Below are positions 42,326-52,500 of a DNA stretch of 64,000 nt, one piece after another. Numbering within the stretch: position 1 is the stretch's first letter; each line of letters begins with the position of its first letter. The position numbers were made by a program, and so were the translations under genes. This stretch comes from an uncultured delta proteobacterium (lineage in GTDB: Bacteria > Desulfobacterota > Desulfuromonadia > Desulfuromonadales > JACZKF01). The DNA lies in the NCBI GenBank assembly GCA_963816395.1, contig CAWFKQ010000010.1, positions 184,651 to 248,650 on the forward strand, written 5' to 3'. The notes below the pieces were generated by a model. The model did no database searches. It saw nothing but the letters and a program-made list of their open reading frames with translations, and was not told the DNA's origin.

Positions 42326-42501
42326 AAGCGGAATCTCCCTTTTCCAGTGGGGATTGTGCAGGGTTGCGAAAGATAATTGATGCCGAGCTGAAGGTTGTTT
42401 GCGGGATCCTTTTCACGAATCAAAGCCTAGAATGTCCTCCAGAATGGATGAAAGGAACTGACAGCCGTGGATTCCCAGTAGGCGGAAAAATGGCTGCGGG
42501 T

Positions 42502-42912
42502 TCAGTCTTCGGGACCGATTTCGACCGCTTCGTCGTTCTGGTGAAGAATGGTGCCCAGAAGCAGTCCACCGATGGCTCCGTAGACTCCGCCGGTAACGCC
42601 GCCGGCCACGATAATGGAAATCTGGGCGTGGAATGTCACAGCTACCAGGAGGGCACCAGTAATGATTCCCAGGAGCCCGAGGATAATCGCTCCGGCTTTG
42701 GGGAACCCGGCCTTGGCCACGGACCAGCCGCCGACCGCCCATACCAGCCCGGAGTAAGCGGCATAGTCGCCCAAGGCCCAGCGGATAAAAAAGCCGTCGC
42801 CAAAACCGACACTGGTTAGGACAACCGGCAGGATGCTGCTGTTCAGGCTGACGCCGGCAAAACCTCCCAGAATGGTGCCGGCCGTGAGACGAATCCATTT
42901 GTTCTTGATCAT
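42502..42912 (-). CDS. Gly-rich four-TM hypothetical membrane protein
   Basis: AAAGGAAAG RBS; four hydrophobic GxxxG-rich segments. Confidence 0.65.
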   Translation of the reverse strand: MIKNKWIRLTAGTILGGFAGVSLNSSILPVVLTSVGFGDGFFIRWALGDYAAYSGLVWAVGGWSVAKAGFPKAGAIILGLLGIITGALLVAVTFHAQISIIVAGGVTGGVYGAIGGLLLGTILHQNDEAVEIGPED

Positions 42913-42984
42913 GTCTTTCCTTTGAAGGTTTAGGAGAAGCTAAAAGTTGCGGGTATTCTACCGGGAAAAGGAGGAAAAAGGTAC

Positions 42985-43016
42985 AAAAAAGGGCGGCTGC
43001 CCTTTCGGGCAGCCGC
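42985..43016 (-). terminator. Rho-independent terminator after the first symporter
   Basis: Minus strand GCGGCTGCCC-GAAA-GGGCAGCCGC-CCTTTTTT. Confidence 0.85.
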
Positions 43017-43048
43017 ATTGTATCGCTCACGACATGGAAGAGAGCCAA

Positions 43049-44776
43049 TTATCTGGCGGCTACCTTCTCCGGCCTTGCTTCGGGATAGCGCAGGCTTTCC
43101 ACCAGATCCTGCACTTCCTGAGGCGGTTCCGGGGTCAGTTTGGAGACGACCTACATGGAGACGAAGTTGAAGATCATCCCCAGGGTACCGATCCCCTCAG
43201 GGGAGATGCCGAACCACCAGTGCTGCGGATTGTTGGCGGCGGGATTCACGAATTTGAAGTAGATGATGTAGCCGGCGGTAAAGACGATGCCGATGACCAT
43301 GCCGGTGAGGGCGCCTTCCTTGTTGGTCTTTTTGTTGAAGACCCCCATGATGATCGCCGGGAAGAAGGAGGCCGCGGCCAGACCGAAGGCGAAAGCCACC
43401 ACCTGGGCGACGAAGCCTGGCGGATAGATGCCGAACAGGCCGGCTATGCAGACCGCGCCGGCGGCGGCGCCACGCGCCCATAGCAGCTCGGCTTTCTCCG
43501 AGAGATTGGGCATGATGACGCCCTTCATCAGGTCATGGGAGATAGCCGCCGAGATGACCAGCAGCAGACCGGCCGCGGTGGAGAGCGCGGCGGCCAGACC
43601 GCCGGCGCCGACCAGGGCGACGACCCAGTTGGGCAGCTTGGCGATTTCCGGGTTGGCGAGCACCATGATGTCTTTGTCGACCGTGACTTCGTTGGTCGCC
43701 TTATCCTTGGTGTACTCCATGATGCCGTCGCCGTTCAGGTCCTTGAACTTGATCAGGCCGGTTTTCTCCCAGTTCTTGAACCAGGAAGGAGCCTCGGCGT
43801 AGGCCACGTTGTTGACCGTTTTGACGAAGTTGGTGCGGGCAAAGGCGGCCACGGCCGGGGCGGTGGTGTAGAGGATGGCGATGAACAGCAGCGCCCAACC
43901 GGCAGAGGCGCGGGCATCGCGGATCTTCGGCACGGTGAAGAAGCGGATGATGACGTGCGGCAGACCGGCGGTGCCGACCATCAGGGCGAAGGTAACGAAA
44001 AACAGGTCGATCATCGGCCGCTTGCCGGCGGTATAGGCGGCAAAGCCGAGATCCTTCTCGATGCCGTTGAGGACGTCGAGCAGATAGCGCCCCTGGTAGG
44101 AGGCGTCATGCAGCACTTGCGCGCCGTTGGCGCTGATCGTGCAGCCGTAGCCGAGCTGCGGGATCGGGTTGCCGGTGAGCATGATGGAGATGAAGATCGC
44201 CGGCACCATGTAGGCGAGGATCAGTACGCAGTACTGGGCCACCTGGGTGTAGGTGATCCCCTTCATGCCGCCCATGACGGCGTAGAAGAAGACGAGAGCC
44301 ATGCCGATGATGACGCCGGTGTTGATCGGCACCTCGAGGAAGCGGGAGAAGACCACGCCCACCCCGCGCATCTGGCCGGCGACGTAGGTGAAGGAGACGA
44401 AAATGGCGCACACCAGGGCGATGACCCGGGCGGTGTTGGAGTAGTAGCGGTCGCCGATGAACTGCGGCACGGTGAATTTCCCGTACTTGCGCAGGTAAGG
44501 CGCCAGCAGCATGGCCAGAAGGACGTAACCGCCCGTCCAGCCCATCAGGTACATGGAGCCGTCCCGCCCCATGAAGGAGATCAGGCCGGCCATGGAGATG
44601 AAAGAAGCCGCCGACATCCAGTCGGCGCCGGTCGCCATCCCGTTGAGGATGGGATGAATGGATTTTTCGGCCACATAGAAGTCGCCGGTGGAGGCGGCTC
44701 TGGCCCAGATCGCAATGCCGATGTAGAGAGCGAAGCTGAGGCCAACGATTATCCAGGTCCACGCGAGAATACTCAT
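43049..44776 (-). CDS. Sodium:solute symporter, VC_2705/ActP-like, putative acetate permease (in-frame TAG at 43151-43153)
   Basis: GADWMSAASFISM and GTAGLPHVIIRFFTV; after the TAG the same frame continues VVSKLTPEPPQEVQDLVESLRYP. Confidence 0.9.
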
Positions 44777-44810
44777 ATTTTGTCACCCCATTTCTAGATG
44801 CGGACGGTTA

Positions 44811-45071
44811 TCAGTCCTCGTGAACGTCATATTTCCGGTCGAGTGAGTTCATCAGTTTCACGTAAACAAGGATCAGAAGCACAAAAATGACTTCCGAACC
44901 CTGGTTGGCGAACCAGAACCCAAGACCGAAACCGCCGATATGAATGTTGTCCAGGGGGTCGGCGATCAGGATGCCGCCCAAGTAGGACACCCCGAACCAC
45001 ACGGCTAACAGGATGACAATGTAACGAAGATTCTCTTTCCAGTAGGCTGCCAGTCTCGCATTTTTCTCCAT
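44811..45071 (-). CDS. DUF4212 symporter small subunit
   Basis: YWKENL and GGFGLGFWFANQGS...LDRKYDV; GGAGGAG RBS. Confidence 0.88.
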   Translation of the reverse strand: MEKNARLAAYWKENLRYIVILLAVWFGVSYLGGILIADPLDNIHIGGFGLGFWFANQGSEVIFVLLILVYVKLMNSLDRKYDVHED

Positions 45072-45519
45072 AGATCTCTCCTCCGAAGTTTGACAGGTTG
45101 TCAATCGAACTGCCTGTGAGTAACCTTTCCGGCATACCTCCTTTCTGCCCGGGTATGGCGGGTAACCCGTCTCCCCTTCCTTGCCACCGCAGTGGGTGGG
45201 AAGGCGCCGATTTCCTACATCTCAATACAATTCCTGTATACTTCGCCAAATCACTTAGGGAAAACCCGATTTCGGGAGAAATGCACTGGAGCTAGAGATT
45301 TTCGCGTTGGCGCATAAAATAACTGAATTGTTTAGCCATAGTCAATAAAAAAATATAACCACGTTTTGCTGTTGTCAACCCTGGGAACAACTGTTCGATG
45401 ACTGGGGCGGTGTAGGTTCCGGAAATTCCAGGCCACTCCCAGGAAAAAAGATCAGGTTGCTTTGCCTCGCAAAAAAAGGAAGAATACGTTAGTTTGCATA
45501 TGCTTCTAGCGGGGGCTCC

Positions 45520-46977
45520 ATGCCTTTCCATGCCATCAATGAAGAAAGCCTCTTCTTTCTCCGTGTTGAGGCTTTTTGCGGGAATCAGACGATCACCTGT
45601 ACGCCCGATATGGGAATCGTCCAGATGGCGCGGCTCATGCGGGAACATGATATTTCCGGCTTGATAGTCATCGAGCATGGAACCCCAGTCGGCGTCGTCT
45701 CCGTTCGCGATTTTCGCAACCTCATCGCGACCTCCAGCATCTCCCTCAGCACCCTGAGAGCCCGGGAAATCATGAGCACCGGGCTGGTCACCCTGAAACG
45801 CCAGGATTATGTTTTTGAAGCTATTTTCAAGATGGCCAAATACAATATTCATCGATTGGTCGTCCTGGACGATGACGGGAAACTCCTCGGTGTCATCACC
45901 GATACCGACCTGCTGCGCCTCCAGACCCGCACTCCGCTCTATCTGCATCAGGAAATTGAAGCCGCAGATTCAATTGAGCAACTGAGGAAGATCAATGCTC
46001 GCATCCTTGAGATTGTGGACTTCGCCACTCGGGCGGGCGCCGACACCCGGAGTCTTGTCCAGCTCATCTCCCATTTCAACGATGCCTTCACTCGGCGAGT
46101 CATCGCTCTGCTGGATGCCCAGGAGGATATTCGCCTGCCCGAAGGCGCCGCTTATCTGGCCCTGGGGAGTGAAGGCCGGGGCGAGCAGACCCTGCGTACC
46201 GATCAGGACAGCGCTCTGGTTCATATCGATGATTTTCCGCCGGAAAAGATTCGGGCAGCGGAACGGTTTGCCAGCCGGTTGATCGACGCCCTCGAAGAAA
46301 TCGGCATCCCCCGCTGCCCGGGCAATACCATCGCCAGCAACCCCCAGTGGAGTCGCAGCCTCTCGGAATGGAAACAGTCGCTCGATCAGTGGATTTCCGT
46401 TCCGGAATCCGAGAATATGGTCAATTTCGGCATGTTTCAGGACCTCCGTGCCGTTCATGGGAATAAAACCCTGGAAACTCAGTTGCACGAACATATCCTT
46501 GCCACCGTCCAACGCCATTCGCTCTTCCTTCCCTATGTGGCGCGAAACATTATGCGGTTTCCTCCACCGCTCGGCATGTTCGGGCGCATCCGGGTGGAAC
46601 GCCGCGGTGCTTATCGCGGCAAGGTCGACCTGAAAAAAGCCGGTATTTTCGCTCTGACGGAAGGCGTGAGTCTCCTTGCTCTTGAAGCCGGTATCGTCGG
46701 CGGCAGCACCTGGGAGAAAATCGAACGGCTCAGGCAACGGGGGATTCTCTCCACGAATGATCTCGAAGTTGTCGATGAAGCCTTCACTTACCTGATTCAG
46801 CTTCGCCTGCAGCGGCAACTTCGGGCGCTGGCATCCGGCCAGAGGCCGATCAACTACATTGATCCTCTGATCATGACCGACAAAGAACGCGATCGGCTCC
46901 GTAAGGCGCTCAAAGAGGTGGGCGTTTTTTTGCGTATTATTCGCGATCGCTACAAACTCGACTTCATATCCCGCTGA
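45520..46977 (+). CDS. CBS + DUF294 putative nucleotidyltransferase
   Basis: CBS pair, GSEGRGEQTLRTDQD, CPGNTIASNPQW and DLKKAGIF. Confidence 0.88.
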   Translation: MPFHAINEESLFFLRVEAFCGNQTITCTPDMGIVQMARLMREHDISGLIVIEHGTPVGVVSVRDFRNLIATSSISLSTLRAREIMSTGLVTLKRQDYVFEAIFKMAKYNIHRLVVLDDDGKLLGVITDTDLLRLQTRTPLYLHQEIEAADSIEQLRKINARILEIVDFATRAGADTRSLVQLISHFNDAFTRRVIALLDAQEDIRLPEGAAYLALGSEGRGEQTLRTDQDSALVHIDDFPPEKIRAAERFASRLIDALEEIGIPRCPGNTIASNPQWSRSLSEWKQSLDQWISVPESENMVNFGMFQDLRAVHGNKTLETQLHEHILATVQRHSLFLPYVARNIMRFPPPLGMFGRIRVERRGAYRGKVDLKKAGIFALTEGVSLLALEAGIVGGSTWEKIERLRQRGILSTNDLEVVDEAFTYLIQLRLQRQLRALASGQRPINYIDPLIMTDKERDRLRKALKEVGVFLRIIRDRYKLDFISR

Positions 46978-47066
46978 AGGAGGGAGTCTCCTCTGCCTTC
47001 TGTCTCCCTGACCGCGGACCGGAAAGCGCACGCTTTCCGATTTCTCTGGATACAGCTGACTCATGG

Positions 47067-47852
47067 TCAAAAGCGTTCTTTACCCAGGTAATGGCCTAAA
47101 TAGCCAAGCTTAGAGGAGATAATCTCTCCTGTTTCCTTGAGGTCAGGTAGAAATTCGTTCTGCATTCGCTCTGGAGTCAGCCGAAAATCAGGGCCAACCA
47201 TGCAGAGCGACCCTGACAGTTGACCTCCTGGTCCGAACAGGGGAACGGCCAGGCTGATAACCCCCTCACCCAGAGCCCCGCACTCCAGGCAGAAGCCCTG
47301 CTGGCGGATCTGGAGAAGCTCCTCCGGGCAGGGCAACCCCGGGATGAAGGCGATTTTACTGCGCGAATGGGGACCCGCCTCCTTTTCCGGGGCGTGGGCA
47401 AGGATCACCTTGCCTGCTGCATTTCCCGTTAATGGAAACCGGTTGCCAAGAAGGGAGACGATCCTGACCTGCTGGCTGGTATCCACCAAATCCAGAAAGA
47501 GGGCCTCTTCCTGTCGCCGTACCGCAATGTAAACTGCCTCGGTGCATTTACGGACCAGCCTTTCCACAACCGGACGGGCATGGCGAAGAAGGGTCATGCG
47601 GGAGAGGAACTTCTGGCCGATCTCGTAGGCGGAAATACCCAATCGGTATTTGCCGGTCCCCTTTTCCCGTTCCACATACCCCCGGTTTTCGAAAGTGGCC
47701 AGGAGCCGAAAGACGCTGGTCTTGTTCATGCCGAGCCGCTCACTCAGGTGGGAGATGCGGACCTCCTCCCCCTCTTCACAGAGTGCCTCCAGAACAGCAA
47801 GGGCGTTTTCAACTGACTGGATGGAATAGGAATCTTTTCCTCGCGAAGGCAT
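47067..47852 (-). CDS. IclR family transcriptional regulator
   Basis: IQSVENAL, HTH LGMNKTSVFRLLATF, AAGKVILA and SLAVPLF. Confidence 0.92.
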   Translation of the reverse strand: MPSRGKDSYSIQSVENALAVLEALCEEGEEVRISHLSERLGMNKTSVFRLLATFENRGYVEREKGTGKYRLGISAYEIGQKFLSRMTLLRHARPVVERLVRKCTEAVYIAVRRQEEALFLDLVDTSQQVRIVSLLGNRFPLTGNAAGKVILAHAPEKEAGPHSRSKIAFIPGLPCPEELLQIRQQGFCLECGALGEGVISLAVPLFGPGGQLSGSLCMVGPDFRLTPERMQNEFLPDLKETGEIISSKLGYLGHYLGKERF

Positions 47853-47954
47853 TTTAGCATTTCCCCATTGAATTTTCCATTGCCGCTCGTGGTCGAGGCC
47901 GGGTCCAGATTGATTTTTTCAAAAAACAATGTTTTACATAATGCGTAAGATAAA

Positions 47955-47983
47955 TTTGTAATACGGTGTTTCACATCTGTCAA
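47955..47983 (-). promoter_or_regulatory. sigma70 promoter of the IclR gene with a palindrome in its spacer
   Basis: Minus strand TTGACA-N17-TACAAA; overlapping imperfect palindrome TGTAATAC-GGT-GTTTCACA. Confidence 0.55.
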
Positions 47984-48286
47984 TCAAATAATTTGCACCG
48001 GTTCAGAAAACGGCTGGCAGGCCTGGAGCCTGAATTTCTCGCCTCTCATGAGGTATGAGTTTCCTGAAAAACGGAGTAGTTTGAGAGTCTCTTTGACGGA
48101 ATTCTTTTGTTTTAAAAAAATAGAGTTTTGATAGATGAATTCGAAACTGTTCCGGCAGATACCTGTTTGGAGGTGCCGCCGGCGGAAAGCAGATCGAAGA
48201 TACCAGGCCGTGTGTCTCCGGGTTTTTTGCTGACAGGGGAAATGCGATGTGGTAATCAGGGAACGTTTTTTCCAGGAGCGACTGCC

Positions 48287-49000
48287 ATGTTCAGAATTTC
48301 CGAAAAGGGGCGCAGCATCAGGGAGATGTTCGATGCCATCGCGCCTCGTTACGACCTGCTCAATAGAATGCTTTCACTGGGCATCGATCGTCGCTGGCGC
48401 AAGTTCGCCGTGGCGCAGTTGCGGGTTCCGCCGGGCGGAATGGTGCTGGATGTTGCTACCGGAACCGGGGATGTTGCTCTGGAAATCGCCGCTCGTACCC
48501 CCGACTCGGTGCGGATCATTGGTGAGGATTTCACCCAAGGGATGCTGGTCCGGGGTCGGGAGAAAATTGATCGAACCTCGTGGCGTCACCGGATCTTTCT
48601 GGTGAATGCCCCTTGCGAGGAAATGCCCCATCCTTCAGGTATCTTCGATGGCGTTACAATCGCTTTCGGCATCCGCAACGTGGTTGATCGTCTGGCTGGC
48701 CTTCGGGAAATGCACCGGGTTCTCAAACCGGACGGCCGGGCAGTTATCCTTGAGTTTTCCAATCCCCGCAGTCAACTGTTCAAAACCCTCTATCATTTCT
48801 ATTTCCGCTGTATCCTGCCGCGGATCGGCGGTCTCCTGTCGCAGCGCCGGGCCTATCAGTATCTGCCGGATTCGGTTCTGGAGTTTCCCGACCATGAGGC
48901 ATTCAAAACCCTTATGGCCCGGGCTGGCTTCACCGGCATCCACCATCGGGAATTGAGTTTCGGCATCGCTACCGTCTACGTGGGAATCCGGACTGCTTAA
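48287..49000 (+). CDS. ubiE: Demethylmenaquinone methyltransferase UbiE/MenG
   Basis: MFDAIAPRYDLLN, LDVATGTGD, AFGIRNV and AYQYLPDS. Confidence 0.93.
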   Translation: MFRISEKGRSIREMFDAIAPRYDLLNRMLSLGIDRRWRKFAVAQLRVPPGGMVLDVATGTGDVALEIAARTPDSVRIIGEDFTQGMLVRGREKIDRTSWRHRIFLVNAPCEEMPHPSGIFDGVTIAFGIRNVVDRLAGLREMHRVLKPDGRAVILEFSNPRSQLFKTLYHFYFRCILPRIGGLLSQRRAYQYLPDSVLEFPDHEAFKTLMARAGFTGIHHRELSFGIATVYVGIRTA

Positions 49001-49067
49001 AGGCCCTTTCCTCTGGTATAATTTGAGATCATCCCTTGCTGCGACCCACTACGAGGGAGGTTTGCAG

Positions 49068-49586
49068 ATGAAGCAGGCCTTGCTGATCATCGATATGCTC
49101 AATGATTTCGTCCGGGAGAATGCTCCCCTGCAGGTGCCCAAGACCAGGGAAATCATCCCCAGCCTGCAGAAGCATCTGGCCGAGGCGCGCGAGGAGGGAC
49201 TGGAGGTCGTTTTCGTCTGCGACAGCCATGCGCCGGACGATCCCGAGTTCAGGGTCTGGCCGCCGCATGCCGTGCGGGGCACGGCAGGGGCCGAGGTAAT
49301 CGCGGAATTGTCCCCCGGCGAGGGGGAAATGGTTATTGCCAAGACAACCCTCCTCGGTTTCTACAATACCGATTTGGCTAATTATCTGACTTCCCGCCAG
49401 GCGGATGAATTGATCCTGACCGGCTGCGTCACCAATATCTGCGTCTATTTTATTGCCGTGGAAGCTGTGGTGCGCGGTTTTCAGGTGCGTGTTTTCGCCG
49501 ACGCGGTGGCATCTCTGGACGATCGGGAGGGGGAATTTGCGCTGCAGCAGATGGAGAAAATACTGGGGGTCAGAATCGACCGGTGA
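49068..49586 (+). CDS. Isochorismatase-family cysteine hydrolase (nicotinamidase-like)
   Basis: ALLIIDMLNDF, DSH...DPEF..WPPH and GCVTNICV. Confidence 0.88.
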   Translation: MKQALLIIDMLNDFVRENAPLQVPKTREIIPSLQKHLAEAREEGLEVVFVCDSHAPDDPEFRVWPPHAVRGTAGAEVIAELSPGEGEMVIAKTTLLGFYNTDLANYLTSRQADELILTGCVTNICVYFIAVEAVVRGFQVRVFADAVASLDDREGEFALQQMEKILGVRIDR

Positions 49587-49595
49587 TCTTCAACT

Positions 49596-52500
49596 TCAGC
49601 GGACCAACCCTTCGGGATCGTCGATCATTTTCCCTGGCAGACCGAGTACCCGGCGGAAGATGCCGAGGACCTTCTTCGATACCGAAGTGATAGGGACCGG
49701 GATGACCTCGGGATTGTCCGCTGAACCGGTAATATGAAAATGAGCTGTGATCAGGGCCTTATCCTCACCGGCCAGGATCCATCCGGCGATCGGGATGCGG
49801 GTGATGATCTTGTCCACGGTCCGCAGAGGCTTCACCCCGAGAAGAAAGTCTTGCTGTCCGGTTTTCAGGTCCGTCTGTCCGACCAGGGACAGGTTCATGG
49901 CATTGCCGTCCAAGAATAGGTCCTCCGTGGAAAGGATGCCCCGATGCAGCGCGAAGTTGCCGGACAGCCGGTTAAAGGGCATCCCCTCAAGAGCCATATC
50001 CGGTAGCCGCAGGGCAAAGATCTGTGAGATGTTGAGGAGGGAAAAAACCTTCCCCAATACCTGAAATTTGCGCAAAACCCCCTGGCTCACCTCCATGCTG
50101 AAGCCGCCCAGGGATGTCGGCAGAAATTCGCGGCCTGCCCGCCCTTCAAGATAGAAATCGCCCCGCAATGCGCCGGTGATCAAGCCCTGTTTTTTCAGCA
50201 GATCATGGTATATGGCAGCGGCATCGACATTCTCCATGTGCCCGGATATCCTCAGCATCGGAGGAGCGGCGCCGTCGCTCTCTACTACCACCCGCCCCTG
50301 GCAATTGCCTGGGCCGACCCAGAAACTGAGGGGAAGTATGGTCAATACTCCCCTCCGGTAGCGGATTTCCCCTTCCGCCTGGCGAAAATGCAGGCCATGC
50401 AAGGTCCCGTCGCCGACCCTGACCCTGATCTGTGCCGTCACTCCCGATTTCCCCCTGTTCGTTGCCGGGCGGGGCGGGGGCCCATTCCACAATGCAATTA
50501 CCTTATCGATGTCGGCCTTTTCTGCTTCTATATCGAGATTTGCCTCGGGCTGCGGCACAAGCTTGACCGTGCCCCTGACAATTGCCCTGGTGCCGCCATC
50601 CAGGCGCACGGTTGCCGGCGCGAATTCGATCCCCCCGCCATCGATTAGCAGGTGCCCGTCGAGGTCGCGCAGCATGATCTGTCCGGAATGGAAGATCAGG
50701 TCATTTGCACGCACCGCCCTCCCTCGAATCCGCAGGTCGGCCTGTGGCTTGGCGAAATCGGCTACGCTGCCGGAGAGGGTCACCGGCGAGGTGCCCAGAA
50801 AGGCGGATAACTGTTTTATTTCCAACCGGTTGCCGGTGAGAAGCAGGAGGCCATTGGCCTGCCGGAGGTCGGCTATGACCGTGCCGAAATGCAGCCCAAT
50901 ATCCCGCAGGCGGGCTTTTCCCTGCGCTTGTCTGATCTGCCTGCCTGCCCCCGACAGCTGGTAATGCACATCGACCGCCCCCCTGGCCCGCAACCGGGCC
51001 AGAAGCGGCAGCCGCACCTGGGCGGCTTTGAGGTCGGAACCGGAGAGATCCAGAAAAAGTGAGAAGGCCTGTTCTCCCCCGCGCTCGAGATCTCCCCGGG
51101 CCCGCAATTCGAAAGGGGAGAACCGGAGCCGGGCAAGGCTCAGTTCCAGGCGCTTGGGGGTGATGGCGCCGGTAACGAAAAGGCTGGCGGGAAGCCCTGC
51201 CGGCTTATTCAGGGCATTTCCCCAACTGGCGTTGGCTTTGATGAGATCGGCATGCAGATCCGCCAGCAGGCGTTCCGGTGATCCCGTCAGGGAAAGGGTA
51301 AGGGGGATCGGGCCGGCAACGGCGAGTTGGGGACTGGACCAGTTCGGGATAGCCGCCAGCAACCGGTCGGCCGCTATCGTCCCCTCGGCCTCGGCGGTGA
51401 TTTCCGGTCGGGAGCTGAAGGGCCGTTCTACGGTGCCGGAAAAACGGACAGGCGCCCGCAACAGCTCGCCATCACCATCAATCTCCAGCAGATCGTCATT
51501 CAGCGTAGCGGTAAGGGAAAGGTTGGAAAAATGACTGCTCGCCGCCTGCCGGTTGATGCCGCGGGCCGAAAATCTTGCCTGCAGGTGGGAATCCCCCCCG
51601 GGGGACAGAAGGTCGGCCGCAAAGCCGGCGAAATGCAGCATGTCAACCTGCAAGGTCCCCTCGGCGAGCGGCCCCCTCCAATTAGCGGTCGACGGGTGGC
51701 GGTCGGGAATTAAGGGCAGGAGGGCGGGCAGCGGCAGGGGAGGGGTTGCCAGGTCCATTTCCAGCCATAGCCCTTGTGTCTGCCGGCGCCAGAGCAGGTT
51801 GCCGTGGCAGGCCAGGCCATCGACATCTGTGGCAATATTCTTGAGTAAATGCCCCTTTTCTCCCTCTGACCAGGTTGCACTGAAGCGTGCTCTCTGGATC
51901 CTAATCGGTTGCCGGTACCAGCCGGGGAGTGCGGCCGTCAATTCTTTCCCGACCAAGTCGGCGTTGACCTGGAGTCCGGTGGCTGGCGAACCTGCGAGGT
52001 CAAGGGCCAGCGACAGGGTTCCGCCGGCGCTCTCGACCACTGGTTTGGCGTAGTGCGTCAGCGGCATTGATTCCAAGTCCGTTATCTTCAGCCCAATGCG
52101 AACTGCGGTTTGCCGCCAATCTCCGGCAGGGGTGATTTGCCCGGCCATTTCAATTTGGGCCGGCCTTTCCTTCTGCCGCAGGCGGGCGGAAAGGGTCAAC
52201 CACGCTGATTGATTTGGGGCGTAGTCGAGGAGGCGCGCCTTGATTGCCTCCAGGGCGATGGGCAGAGGATTTTCGGGATCACGCCGATCCTCCACCTCCG
52301 CGGTTCCATCAAGAATGGTGAGTGTGCCAACCCTGCCAGCGAAGGAGCCCGGCAGCGATGGCAGGACGGGTGAGGAATCTGCTGGGGACCAGGTAAGGCG
52401 CAGCCGGGGCCGGTTCAACAAAATCTCGGAAAAGACGATCCGACCCTGCAGCAGCGGCCGGAATTCCAGTTTGAGGAAAAGGCGATCAGCCTCCATCGAC

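Noticed and set aside
38014..46977. DUF294 nucleotidyltransferases as CBASS or toxin-antitoxin defence enzymes
   Set aside because: Domain architecture (CBS/cNMP) and transporter context do not fit, and no effector or HEPN genes are present.
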